This document shows, piece by piece, positions 12,737 to 27,700 of a DNA stretch of 64,000 bases. Every line of letters starts with the position of its first letter. Position 1 is the first letter of the stretch. Made by a program: the position numbers and the translations under genes. Origin of the DNA: Antedon mediterranea (Eukaryota > Animalia > Echinodermata); the NCBI RefSeq assembly GCF_964355755.1, contig NC_092675.1, positions 28,244,912 through 28,308,911 on the forward strand. Direction: 5' to 3'. The notes beneath the pieces were generated by a model, which did no database searches, had not been told where the DNA came from, and saw nothing but the letters and a program-made list of their open reading frames with translations.

Positions 12737-15700
12737 CTACAGGTATATCTTGCGTAGCTGGGCTGGAGCTGTGATCATGTTGCACTGGGGACATAACTTC
12801 TTTGCACCCTACAAAATATAAATTTTACATAAAATAATATAGTAAAGGAACAAGTTTATTATTTACTACATGGTTTTGAACAGGGTAATCGGTGTGGTTT
12901 TGGTTTGAATGTATGAATAAAATTTTAATTTAAATATTTTATTTATACTGAGCGACCTCAAAACTGGTCTCCCAGAGGGCCCAGTTATGATCAGTGGCTG
13001 TGATGTACTAGTACACAAGGGTAACCCCCTACTCGTCTCGAAAGATGTATTAGGTTATTTAAAGCGCAGATAACTAAATTTTTATATATAGTATTATATT
13101 TTATCATTCCCATATCATTAATTTACATTGTAATTGTATTTTTCAAAGTTGTATTGTAATATATAGTTGTATTTTTATATATTTTAACTAATTTTTTTAT
13201 AATGTAATGCAAACTTTTTATATACCATATTAAATAAATAAAATTTAAAGAAAAATTAAACTAATACAATATTTACTTACACAAGAAAATAGTATCAACA
13301 ACAATAGTTATTGATACAGATGGGTGTTAAATACACATACATGTTAAAGTTTTGTCTACACTATCAAACTAGTTTGACAAAATAAGTGTGATATGCACAA
13401 ATATGGTAGTAATATGACATGATCATGTCCATATATGGGCACATCACATTTTGTTGTCACTTTAAATGTGATAGTGTAGACAGAGCTTTATATTCGATAT
13501 CTATAATTTTGGTTTTTATCTAACAGATTTATAAAATACTAAATACTAAAGAGGTACATGACTTACTAAGGTTCGCAGCCAGCATTCTTGGCAGTGGACA
13601 TGCCAACATTGGACAGACACCAGAGGCGTTGTGTAACCCTCCTAGAAAAAGAAAAATAGACGGTAAAGCTATTAAATACACAATCGATGCACAATTATTA
13701 CAACAGCAACACTACCATTATTATTATATAAAATAAAGTTTGCAGTCTAAAAAAAGAAAAAAGGAAATAAAGTCAAGTTGAGAATGTTTGGAAACACATG
13801 GTGTACCACAAGTCTTACTTTACTAGTGTTATCAACTTACCATGCATATAAGACATTTCATAGACTCTTTCTTGTTTTCTTTCATATCTTGTAGTTGACA
13901 TTTTAAGGATTCAATCAATGTATTTGCACTTGGAGGAATGCAAGAGCTGCTGCAGACCCCATCTTCACCATCACCGCTATCTCTTACTATCTTATCTGCT
14001 TCTGATGAAGACTCTGGTGCTAAAAATATATTTTAAAATGTTATCTCTGAAACCATCAATAGGATAGGAATCAAGATTAAGAAAGAAAAAGTTCATGAGA
14101 ATGTTTCATATAGTTGTAAGGCTTAAGAATATTTTTTCTTCATTTCCCAATTACTTTTAGTAGGGAAAAGAAAGGCTTTTGTTATTAGGCAAACTAGAGG
14201 ATAACAAACAATACTCAACCTACTGTGTAAATTATGACCCTATATTGTATGTGCTTAAATATTTTTGAACCATCATTAACATAGCTAGTTGTCCTCAAGA
14301 TGGGGTGTGTAGCTGTCGTAGATAATGCCAAGGATGTGGAGTAGAGAGTGTTAACAAAGCCACTGCTTAGTTCACATGCAAAGACGTAGGCCATCAAACC
14401 GTACGTGTGAACATACCCTAATAGTATTTACGTGTTAAGCTCTGTCTACACTATCAAACTAATTTAACAAAAAAATGTGTGATGTGTCCAAATATGGTAG
14501 GGATATGCTTAAATATGGTAGTGATATGACATCATCATGTCCATATATGGGCACATCACATAAAGTTTGATAGTGTAGACAGAGCTTACCACTAAAGGAA
14601 AGCTGCTACACACTTTTCCTAAGGAAATTACTTACTTCTGTAAGTAATTGTTTTTTCTGATTAGCATTAAGTTTCCTATGTCTTTATCTTCTTCCTATTA
14701 TACTTCCAATATCTATTAATTACCAATTATCGTTACAATAAAAAATACAACTCACCTGGTTGTTCCCACTTGCTCTTTTCCAAGGAAGGAGACCGTGAAC
14801 TAGACGCCTCACCCCTGTAACAAATGTTTACAAATTATTAACTTTCTCTAAAGCCTGGTTTCCATAAAATCGCTACACGACAGAGCGTAGCGATTCTATG
14901 GAAACGCTAGAATTTATCGGGGATCTAGTACGCGAGTGCTAAATATTCTTTGGTACGCGTATTACGATTCATCGCCGACAAAATCGGCAAAGTTGAACAT
15001 GGTTGAACTTTGCCAATTTGACTGCGATGAATCGGGGAGAATTCCCGATTGCGTCGGCGACATCTGCGCGTGTAGCGATTTTAATGGAAACGCTGTAGCG
15101 ATTTTAATGGAAACCAGGCTTTAACTACACTAAATTCTTCAACTAAATATGGTATTCTTCAACAATTCAAGTAAATATGAATTATCAGCAGTAGAAATTG
15201 AATTATAAACCAGATTCATCAAGGACATTTTATTTTATTAAAAAATTAGACAGTTATTAAGGAAAACTAGACATTTTGTGCTTTTAGCCCAAAAATATGT
15301 CTGGTAGTTTTGAAAGAGTTCAATGCATTTTCTTTATTCTTATAAATCAGAGAATTTTTATGACAATGGATAGCTTATTATTTAAAATTTCATTTCTTTT
15401 CAATATTTTTTTTCATTAATTTCTTTTCTATCTCTAAAATTAGATGAAAAAAATTCTAAAAGATAATCATAAAATACAGCATTAAAATTAAATAGATTTA
15501 CAAAATATGTGGGAATACCACCACATGTGACTATAAATATAGCATATTTTCTTTTTGTTGTAAACAGCATTGATTTTTTATACGCACTAAACAAATTAAA
15601 ATCATTTTTATATTCAGGCAATAAATCAAACGTACTACATAATATTTTGCAATGCTGCTTAAAATTAATTTTGTAAAACTAACATAAAAATCTGATTCTT

Positions 15701-18700
15701 CATTATTTTTTTATTTGGTGAATTTAATTCACTCCAGGGACGTATGTTAGTTATATAGGCGGATGTCAGTTGGTACGGAGTATTGTTTGATTTTACGAGC
15801 AAATAAAACCATAACCATATTTATATAGATTTTCGCATATGCTACGAAGGATGGAGAGAACATTATCAAATTTACTTTGTTAATAAATAACAGTGGTGTG
15901 CATATTTAATATTTTTATACATTTTATAAAATACATAATAATAACTGTATCATTATTCAGATCATTAAAATTAGTCATAAACATATGTTTTGATTTGTAA
16001 GAGTACGTTTATAATAGTTCTATGAACTTTCATGGTATTTAATATAAAAGTTGCACGTGATATCAAAAATTATTATTAAATTAAAATTAAATAACAATGA
16101 AAGCACTCCGAAAAAAAGCACTGCAACAACTATGCTTATTCATCATGCGGTAGCTACTTCATCTGAAGGATACTTACGTAAGGAGGGCACCTCTGATGGC
16201 CTGTCTCTGGCGTTCCTCCGATGGCTCATCTGATGAGCATGGTATTATGTCAGCCTCTGTGAACTGTGCTTGTCCATACTCAGCCGTATCATCTCCGTCC
16301 ACATTCAAGTTCACGTCTATGTCTTCTTCTGTGTATGTTCTTCTCTGGAAACCTGTACCTATGGGAAATACAGATTGCGCAATAATTTAATGATACTTTA
16401 ACGTCTAAACCAATACAAGATAAAACACTTTGGATGACCAGCAAAATGGAATATTTAATAAAGAAACTGACAGATGTCTTACGCTATGGCTACACTATCA
16501 AACTAGTCTGACAAAAAAGTGTGATGTGGCCATATATGGTAGTGATATGGCCAAATATGGTAGTAATAAGACATCACCATGTCCATATATGGGCACATTA
16601 CAATTTGTTGTCACATAAAGTTTGACAGAGCTTTAGTAAAAGACACTAGTTATTAATAACTCTAAAAACAGTGAAGTATATAAATATCAATACCATTGAT
16701 TTCACAAACATTTCACAACTCAATGTAAAAATAAATATAGGAAATGTTCTTAAAAGCTAGTTGAAAGTTGATCAATTTGATTCTGAGTAATTTTAAACTT
16801 TATTATATATTATTTATATTTTAAACTAATACATAATGTCAATATATATATCAGACGAAGGAAGGAAAAATAAAAAAAAGTTGAATATATTTGGATGTGT
16901 TATGGATGTTGCAGTACTGTATCTGTTTTTATGTTGTAAAAATTGGGTTTTTTTAAATCGTTTTAAACATTCACTTATAAGTTGTAAGAAATTATATTTA
17001 TGTTTGTTTCTGAATGAAGGAAATAAAATGTTATTTTGATTGATTGATTTGATTAAGTCTGAATAAAAAAAAAGAAAAAAAAATACAACATAGTAACTTT
17101 ATATGGATAAACAACTTAATAGATCTACGCTCGCAGACTCATAAATATGATTGTTGAATTATTGGTGGCGTAAAGGGCGAAGAATAACGTAACATTGTAA
17201 TTAACATTCCATAAATTATTAGTTGTTTCGGGATTGAGCATCCATTACCGACGATTAAGACGTTTGACAGATTAAGTCAACGTAGGTGTTATGGTAATCC
17301 TTACATTAGCAAGATTCTCAATCTAGAATTAGAAGATGATTAGACCGTTTTAGTTACCAATTTTATCTTTTATCTATCGGGTAATTATAATCGTAAAAAG
17401 AAGAACAGTGCCATCAATGTTTGAATTTTAATAACCACTCGAGTAAAAGTATATTTCAGAAAAAAAATATGGAAAAGGGGGCAAAACTTGACACCAAGAT
17501 GAATACATGGTATATAATATTTATTCAATAAATTAAATGTTAACTATATTATAAAACAGGATTGAACAGAAAAACAAAATGTTGCACTGTACATGACATG
17601 ATAATTTGCCCTAGGTGTTAAAAAAAATAAAAATCAAGATTGTGTTGATAGTTTGCCAACAGGCACAATGTCAGTAATAACTATATCAAAGTGGACTGCA
17701 TCTTTCGCAATAAAAACATAAATTGATTTAGCAGTCCCGACATAGTATTTACAGACTATCCACTAAGCATATTAAAAAAACAATTTTTTCCACTCTGGCA
17801 TGATTTTAAAATTTATTATACATGAGCATTTAGCAAATAATTTTCAGAGAACTACAAGTAGTACTGTACAAATTAAGAGAGAACGTGCCCTTGTGTAATA
17901 TACATAGTTCAAATTATTGAACCAATTACATGATCATAAAAACATTTAAACACTTTGAATTAAGTAGTACACATAATGTATGTATTGCTAAAACCTACAG
18001 TTGACGTTCATTGTATTTTTTCAAAATCAAGATCTCTTTCTTTTTTATTTAAAAATAAGTTCAACAGCAAACACATGCTTAAACCATGGACCTATAAATA
18101 TAAATTAGTATATATTTATAGGTCCATGCTTAAACTATAGGACGCGAAGCAAAGAAAACAATGCATGCTATTATCAAAGCCTTGTTTAGTTTCACGTACG
18201 GAAATGGCGTCAAATTCTTTTTGCAATTTGTGGTTCCAATATTTCAATCCAATTAAATTTTAATGTAACTTTATAATCATTTTTTGCTAAAACTAATACC
18301 AGCAAAATGTTTTTCTTATAAAATAGACGAAACAAAACTAATAAGGTTGGTGTATTACAATCTTTGTTTCTGTCATGTATTTTAGTACGATTCAAATTCA
18401 CGTCTAATAAAAAATCAATATTTGTATAGAACTTTTGTATCAACAAATGTAATTCTGAAATAGCTATAAAAATGAATGAAAAACAAAATCATCAAAATTA
18501 TGGATACAAACAATTCTATCTTTGTATGTTTTTTTAATATTTTTTGTGAGTATCAGTAGCTGGATCTCAATGGAGATACAAATAAAATACAGTAGGCAAA
18601 AATCTAAAGTAAATGATAAAGTAAAACAGTGTACGAATACCGCAGTACCGCAATAATACATAAACAGCAGTGTGATATCACATGTGATATCACATGCCTA

Positions 18701-21700
18701 ATCACTTCTATTAAAAATCTAATAAAAAACTAAATAATAAACTTAAAATTATAAAGAAAAATAATTTGTTTCAGACACACTGAGATTGTATCATGTTGAA
18801 ATCGAGTATTTTAATTGCTTTGGATGTTCGTTAGTTAAGATCCATTAAGTTCTTTGTCTAACTCATTAAGGCAGGTTAGAAATCAACGATCTCAATGTGT
18901 TAACTGCTTAGATCATTCTGTCACTACCAACAATGTATCTATAAATTTTGTTTTCAAGCTGTTGTTTTAGTCACATACTAAAGAAGGTATTTCTTTGTAA
19001 CAATAAGCTTATGATTGCTATATTCATTTTATATGCTTTGATGAATGGGATGTATTTTAAAATTGTTATTACAAGTTATCTTATGACGCACTGTCTCTGC
19101 TGAATTCCACGAAATATTTAAGTAAACAAATCAACATAATTTATCAACTTTTCAAATTGAAAAAAAAAAGATATTTTAAGCTCTGTCTACACTATCAAAT
19201 TAGTTTAAAAAAATGTGATGTGCCCAAATATGGTAGTGATATGACATCATCATGTCCATATATGGGCACATCACATTCTGTTGTCACATAAAGTTTGATA
19301 GTGTAGATAGTCGATTAATTAATACACTACATATTTTATTTTATAACTAAAGGATAGAAGCATAGAATCTAAATAGGTCTAAATTAAAATAAATAATTGA
19401 TTAAGTCTGTGAATTTCAAATCCAATTGTCAATAATATTATCAAATATTTAGACAATTTGCACTTTATACCAATACTAAATACAGTACAATAATTGTTTG
19501 AATAAGTTATAATCCAGTACACATTATACAGTATTGTGTTTGTTAAACAGCAGCTGTATATTAAATACAATATTAGGCCTATTACCAAGAATAGGCCTAA
19601 TTAAACTTCAATTGATTTAAAATTACAATGATTTATTCTAGAGGATCATTGAACTTCATAAAGATGGAAATTTAATTGGAACATACTACATTACTACAGC
19701 CTGCAGCATGGTAGTAGCCCTAATTCTAAGTCTGTCCATACCATGTATATTTTACTCCTTACCTTGTAGTAGCCCTAATTCTAGTCTGACCACACCATGA
19801 ATATTCTACTCCTTACCTTTAAATCCAGCCTGCATCATGGTAGTAGCCCTAATTCTAGTCTGTCCACACCATGTTTATTTACTCCTTACCTTTAAATCCA
19901 GCCTGCAGCATGGTAGTAGCCCTAATTCTAGTCTGTCCACACCATGTTTATTCTACTCCTTACCTTTAAATCCAGCCTGCAGCATGGTAGTAGCCCTAAT
20001 TCTAGTCTGTCCACACCATGTTTATTCTACTCCTTACCTTTAAATCCAGCCTGCATTATGGTAGTAGCCCTAATTCTAGTCTGTTCACACCATGTTTATT
20101 CTACTCCTTACCTTTAAATCCAGCCTGCAGCATGGTAGTAGCCCTAATTCTAGTCTGTCCACACCATGTATATTCTTCGTACTCTTCACCCTCCACGTCA
20201 ACGGTCATATTCTCATTTGTTGGTAAAATATGATGCTGTAAAAAAAAAAAACAAAACAAAGGTTACTACATTTAATAAATGCAACATATTATTATATAAT
20301 TTGCCATTTCTTTGCATAGTTTGGCAGCTAAACAAATAGGTTAAAAATACAAATTATTTTTAAAAATTGGCCTTTATTGGTTGTTTTGTTAAGATTTTTA
20401 GAAGATTTATAAAATATGTAATGTAATGCGACATTTATATACAATTTCTTGTAGATGTTGTAATTGCAGATCAAAATTTGTAATAATTAATTTGTAACTG
20501 TTTAGTTTTTCCTTGCCTTTAAAGCTCTGTCTACACTTTATCAAACTTTATGTGACAAAAAAATGTGATGTGCTCATACATATGGACATGATGAGGTCAT
20601 ATCACTGCCATATTTGAGCATATCACTACCATGTTTGGGAACATCACACTTTTCATTTATCAAAGTAGTTTGATAGTGTAGACAAGGCAATTGGCAGAAA
20701 TGTTAAAAAAATGAATACAATGTTCTCACAATATAAATATGGAGTTTTACATGTTACTATTCAAATACATCACTTGAAATAGTTTGGATTATAATAATGT
20801 TCATGAAGTTATTTCAAACCCACGCATGTTTTACTGCCACATACTAATTGCACATTTTGCAGTTTATCTCTAAGTGGTAAAAATGTCCCATAATAAAAAT
20901 CTAGTGAGTCCCGCTGGAGTTTTTTTCAATGTTACTTCATCCTTAAATATACATTTGCTTTTCTTTCCTGACTTTTAATGTGTTTGCGAGACCTTTGTAC
21001 TTTAAATGTCGGTAATCTCTGAGTGAAATTGTATAATCGTAAAAAATCAAAATAGAGTAACATCTAAAACAAGTTATTCAATACATGCACTCCCCGAGCA
21101 AAGAGCATCTTCGGCTATATCCACATTTCAAATGGTTTATAAAAACATTTAACTGGCCTGCAATTGGCTTAATAAATCTTCCTTTTCCATTTACAGATAA
21201 AAGACTTCCTAAGAGATTACTGGAAGATCTTAAGACAAGGCCGAAAAACAAGTACGGAGGTCTTTAATGGATCATGTTATCTGTGTTCGATGCAGTTATA
21301 TGCCGAGTCCTGCTGATTGCGAGTGGTAAACACACCACTACGTAAAACAAAGACAAGTACTCATCCTCAGGGTTGTTTTATAAGAATGTTATCAACATTA
21401 TTGCTTTCAATAATAAGCCAGACAAGGTTGTTTACAACGAGATGAAGCGTTTGTTTTTTTTTATACAATTAGCGGTAACTTAAAGTACTTCAGTTACGAA
21501 CACGATAGTAATATAAAACGTACATTCCCACTACTTGGAACCTGTATCGTTTGCCGTAGGCAGGTAGATTTTCGCGAGATTAGCAACTGTTGTTGACTAG
21601 TGTAATGTCGGCGATAAGTAATAAATCTTAGAACAAGAAACAGAATGCTACTAAGCGATTTACTTAATCATTTCATTAGCACAAAAACTAAGCACTGAAA

Positions 21701-24700
21701 ACTCGTAAATAACTCTCTAATGCTCTTTCAACTCTCAACTTTCAAAAAATATTTTTAACTGTTACATAAAAGTCAGTTAAACACTTTATTTTTATAATTA
21801 TTAATTTATCTATCGCTGAAAAATGTTGAAGTAAATAGTTATTAGTCAAAATTTACTGCTGCATATAATATTCGTACAGTAAAATCCTAAATTAAGGATT
21901 TTTTGGCAAAAAAAGAGTAAAATTTGCAAAATTAATAAAATTAAAAAATGCATAGTTACAGAGACTTTAAACTGGATGTCAGTGTACACATCTGGCTAGT
22001 GTGCACTTTAAAGAACCCAGTACCCAGTACATCTTTCGGTAGAATATGGTGGTTATTTGGGCGTCCATCCCCGGTCCCGGACATATGAATGCGTGCTGTT
22101 TGGGGAGATGAAAGCTTAGTGTGCTTTATTATAAATATGAATATATCGCTTTGATCAGTTTATTATTTATACACTTTTAGCAAATAATAGCATGATACTG
22201 TGGGTCCACATTCAAAATAAATAAAATTGAGTTTATGTATATATTTTAAAACTAAAAATCATTGTACTATTTTATATGTTATTGTAATACTAAAAATGTT
22301 TATTATACTTTTTGTAAACAAAAGATGGGTGAGAGTACAGAAATCAGATTTTGGACACTATATAAAAAAAAACCAGTCAATACAACTTGGACATTTCATC
22401 ACAACAATCTTAGATGATAAAAAAGTAATGGGAAAAAAAATTTACCTTGAGACGATTTGCAGTAAAGTGTCTGCAATTACAATTTTGATGGAACGACTTA
22501 AAAAGTGTGCCAAAAATGACAAATATCAGTCACTTTGCATCATCCGCTGACTGCTAATGTTCTTGTTTAAATCTTATGATCAAATACTTTAAAAGTTCCT
22601 TCACTTGCATTAAGAAGGCAACAACTTTAGCAATATAAAGGCTAAGTAAGATTCAAGAAACCAATCAACCACTACTAAAACTACATGACAAATATATTAC
22701 AGAAACCAAGCGGAATTTTTACAGAGTTAAATCACTTCACGGTAAGATTCACATACACTAATGATCATCTTGGAACGGTGAGAGCACCGAAAAAAGGTCA
22801 ACGGTAATGCAAAATAATCTTTTTTCGCAAGTAAGGTTGTAAATATGAATTCCGACTGTGAGCTTATTTGCAAAAAAAGTAAAGCAAGTCAGACGGAGAT
22901 TCATTAGCTGTAAATAACGCGACTACTTCGTTATGAATCCGTAAAACGAGTTACAATTCAGTAAGTCTTAAAAAATTTATGAATTGCTAAGTAAATCACA
23001 AATTGTAGCAAGTCACAGAGCTTCTCTTTTTATTACGTGAAGACTAAAACGTTTTTATAGAATTTATATAACAGTCTTTAAAAATGGTTATAAAATATTT
23101 TTATTGAAAAATATTACAGCAAAAAGAAATCTGTAAACAAGTATCAACTAAAGTTTTTATATATAAATTATTAATAATTTTGTGTTAAAGATACATTGTC
23201 CTCGTGAAAAGAATTTTTTTAAACATTTTTTTTTAATGTGCCATTTTGATGTTATGTTCCATAATAGTTATTCACTTTGACAAAAATTGGATCGAAAAAA
23301 GAGCAACAAATAGTCAGTCAAACTGGCTGGCAGCAAATGGGTTTTTTGTTGAATTTAACTGTTTGTTTTGTCTTTTTATAAGTGAAAACATTTTTTTTTT
23401 TTTTAGCAGAAAGGATTAACTTTATTAAAACTACAAAATGACCTGAGTTTCAAAATCTGGTTAATCTTTATTTTTACATTTGATAACATTAGATAACATT
23501 CCCGAGACACTTGTCGATTTTTTGCTTTTGTCAAATTAGATCAGAGGTAGACAGGCATCGAGGATATTAAAGTAAAATCTAGTAAAGTTGCTAGATAAAA
23601 AACAACTTAGCAGAGTGACAAACATCAGATTAGCCCGTTGTTTTAATTAGTATAGTAGTATTAACCTCATTTTTCAATTTCAATTATTCTTATTAAAAAC
23701 TGATCAAGTAAATTACCTTTCGTAGACATATCTCCGCATGATGGTTTCTCTCCTCGGGGGATCCTTCAAGAACTTCATCACAAATAGGACAATGAGTTAG
23801 ATCACCGTCATCACTACGGCGCCCCCTTCGACTTCGGCCTACACGTGCTGTGAAATTCAAATAATGTATTAACCGAGAATGCGTGATATAGCAATTCAAG
23901 TTTTCTTTTCATTTAATTAGTCATCAACTAATAAAGTGGTAATCCATGTAGGGCCAAACATCATTTTTGAAAAATTGATTATAATATAATATAAAAACAA
24001 TTAATAGCAATGTCAGTCTTACTGTAGTTATTGTATATTGCAGTCTAAAGGTATGTTCCTAAATCATTATAATTCAATACCAACCAGCATTAATTTCTTA
24101 CTAATTGGATTCCAAATTTGACATTAACTTTCTTAAATTAAACTTAATTCAGAGAAACAAAACGGTTGAACTACAAAAATCAAGGAAAATGGCAACATAA
24201 TAATGACAGTAGCAGTCGCACGTCAAAGTTGATTAAAATACAACGTTTTTTGTTCTCTTCTTCTTAAATCTATATTGTTTTGGCCTTATGACGTTAGCTC
24301 AACACATTTACAGTGCTAATTGGTTTTAGAGACAACAGTCATTTTAACACCTGCTGACGAATAAATCAAATACACCAGCGAATTTGCTTTCCTCGCAAAT
24401 TAAAAACTTCAGCAAAAATTCATAAACCCTTGTATTCTATTGTCAGATTAGATCTTTTTTTACAGAATATAGTGTTTTAGGATTTTAACCCATCACTTTG
24501 ATTATATTGAGAGACAGAAAAGAAACAGTTATAAAATAATGTTATCAATCTGTAATATTCAATTGTAAATTCTATTTGATAATTTTGTGATTTCTCTACT
24601 GTTTTATTTTTTATTTATTTTATTAATATTTAGTGAGGGTGACCCTAAACAGCATATGCTGACAATCAAGGGGGGCCGGGCCCTCATTGGCCATTGTCAG

Positions 24701-27700
24701 GGATCAGCTTCGAGACTCAGGCATTCCCTGTTGGGACGTCAATGTCGTCCTAGCCGCTCATATGCATCCCCCCTTCGAGCCCCTAAGTAGGGCATCGCTT
24801 TACAACCTGTCTCTCAAAACACATTATAAAAAAACATATATGTTGTATTTAATATTGTTTAAATGTTGCATGTAGCAAATTGTATATATTTATAATTAAT
24901 TAATTATTTCATTTAGTCAAATGGCCATAGATTGTTTCAGTTTCCAGAAATACAGGTGGCAAACTATACAAGACATCTGGATCTGATTTGTAGGGATGAA
25001 CTACCATATTACTGAAAGTATGTAATGTATACATTTATCAGATTAATTAAACTTTCAAAACTATATAAATCATTCATAATATAAAATAATAAATATTATG
25101 ATGATAAATTAATCCTTTATTAATATTGATGTCTGTATGGTGTTATTGCATAGAGAAGGTATAAAATGGGTTGAAACATGTCGGCTGAATAGAAGGCTAG
25201 TCAATTTAATACAATGAAATCAATAGATAAATAGTGATTACTAGTTTGCTGGGAGGCAGGCACATAAAGCATTTTATGACATCGGTAGCAGTAGATGATA
25301 AATCATGTTTAAAGTCCACAAGTATACAGCATTAATCTTTAAATAAGTCCTCTCTGATAGCAAACCTATCGTCAATCCATAATGATTGAATACCGTGACA
25401 ATGTTTCCAACAATATCAAATTAACTACTAATTCAACTATAACCATATTTTTTTAATTTATGAAAGTAGATATTTAAGACAGACAGGTCTTTAAAATTGA
25501 TATCCCGTCTGTCTGTTTATCCTGCTCAAATGCTGCCCTCACAAGTCATTATTAGCTAAATCATAAATGTTTTATTTTATTGAACTCTGTTTCATGAGGG
25601 TAGCCTATCCAACAAAACTGATCTTAGGGGCCTTCAACAACACAATACAGAAATACATATCATAAAAAAATAATTTAACTTAATGTTCACAATTGAAATA
25701 CTGCATTGACATTAGAATACACAAAGTAAAAATTATTTTTGGTGTGCTGATGTTTGTCAGTTTGTTAGCGACATAAACCAAAAGGACATTAAGTAAATAT
25801 ACAAAATATAACATAAATATAACATAAAATAAATGTAATTATTTTAAAATACAAACAATATAATTATTTTTCTTACCATTTAGTCTTGATTGTCGATTTG
25901 CCTTAATTTTCAGGTAAGTTTCAAATCTAGTTTCATGATTATCCGAAGATGATGGGTTTTCTTTGTTTCTCCGCGAAGACGGACCCTGTGACCCCTGCGA
26001 CAGTAAAAAGTATACATTACAGACCTCACTGCACTAATAAAATATCTTTATAATATTCTATTTTAAAATTGTTTAAAACTTGCATTTAAATAATATTTTT
26101 ATTTTACACAAAAGTTTGCATATTAATTATTGGTTATTCTTAATATTGTTTAATTTTTTATTAAAGTATAATTTTATTACAATTTTGTGCTATTTTTATG
26201 AAACATAACTGAATGTAATGACATGGCTAACCAGTATTCCTATTCAAGGGACAATGCGATTAAGGGGACAGTTTGGTCCCCTAATAGAATGTGATCAATA
26301 TAATAATACATTGAAGAAATAACAAGTTAAATTACGTCTTTATAAGGTGTTCGTAAGTAGGCACGATATAGACTACTGTATATACACATTTAGAAGATTT
26401 ACCATCACAACAAAATAGAGAAAAACATTTGTTTAAAAAGAGATGACCAAATCACTAAAAATGTCAAGATGTATTGCCTCTCAAAAACAAGAAATAAAAT
26501 AAGACTTTCTCTTAGAATAGACCATTTAAGTTTTTGAAAACAATTTTCCCTATAAAATGAGAAAATAAACAACAACAACCAAAAACCCATTGGCAGGCAG
26601 GATGGTAGACTATTTTTTTGATTTAAATTTTTTTAGGTAAATAACTTTTTTTTTAAAATAATTTTTTGTTAAGGTCAATAAACTATTATGTGAAAATGTC
26701 ATATTTAACAAAAAAATATAAATAATCAAACAACATTTTTCAGAACAATACATCTTTAAGAATGGACTATTTAGATGAAGTAGTGTTCATTTTTGTTACT
26801 GTTTGTATAAATTTGGCAGTCAAAATATAAATTTTTCATATTAAATCTTTGATAAATTGTATCGATAATTATTTCTATTAAATCATAAAACATTAAAAAA
26901 ATAAAAAATGTTCTATGTTCCCTTTGTTGAACTATCAAGTCACTTGTGGCAAAATTCCGATAAAAGGGTAAAATATGTTTCTTTAGTTTTTACAACAAAC
27001 AGCTTGAAGACGTTTCATTAAAAAAGTCAACATTACGTTAATACCATATTTAAGATCAGATTACTTGTTTTTATATTGTGATTATTATAGGTAAGAAATA
27101 CATATAAATAATAGTTGAAGCGGACTCGGATGACATTAAATATATGAGGCTTTATCCCCGGTAATCTAGAAACATTTGAATGAGAGGTGATATGATTACA
27201 AGAGTAATTCCAACGTTTTCCTACCTTCCTGCTACCTGAACTGTCTCTTGATCGCCTTCCAGATCTAACAAATATAAATGTACAACTTCATATGTTTTTA
27301 GCAATGATCATATCGATATAATTAGATAAATTATAATTGAGAATTTTAAACTAAATAATTGAGCAATATATAAGGTTAAAATTAAGGTTAATAAAACCAA
27401 GATACAGTTTTTTTTTCATTCAAAATATGTAAATATCAAAGAAAATGCAATGTTTTCGCTTATATATTAAATCCTCTTAATGTAAATACATTTTATTAGG
27501 AATTATCGAAATATCATATTCTGTATTTAAATAATAATGTATTTTAATACGCTTTTGAAACATCATCAATGTATCGCTTTTCTTGAAAATCATGCATGGT
27601 CTGTTGGTATATGAGTCTCATTAGGTCACTTCCGCTAAAGACGGTTTTTGAAATTTGTTAAGAACCATTAATGCCAAAATACTGAAATCTGTGGATTTTG

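Noticed and set aside
19697-20175. CRISPR-like array
   Set aside because: Contiguous near-identical units without unique spacers, eukaryotic context, no cas genes.
19837-20233. Plus-strand repetitive ORFs (MVVALILVCPHHV..)
   Set aside because: Antisense translation of the RNF220 exon 7 tandem array.
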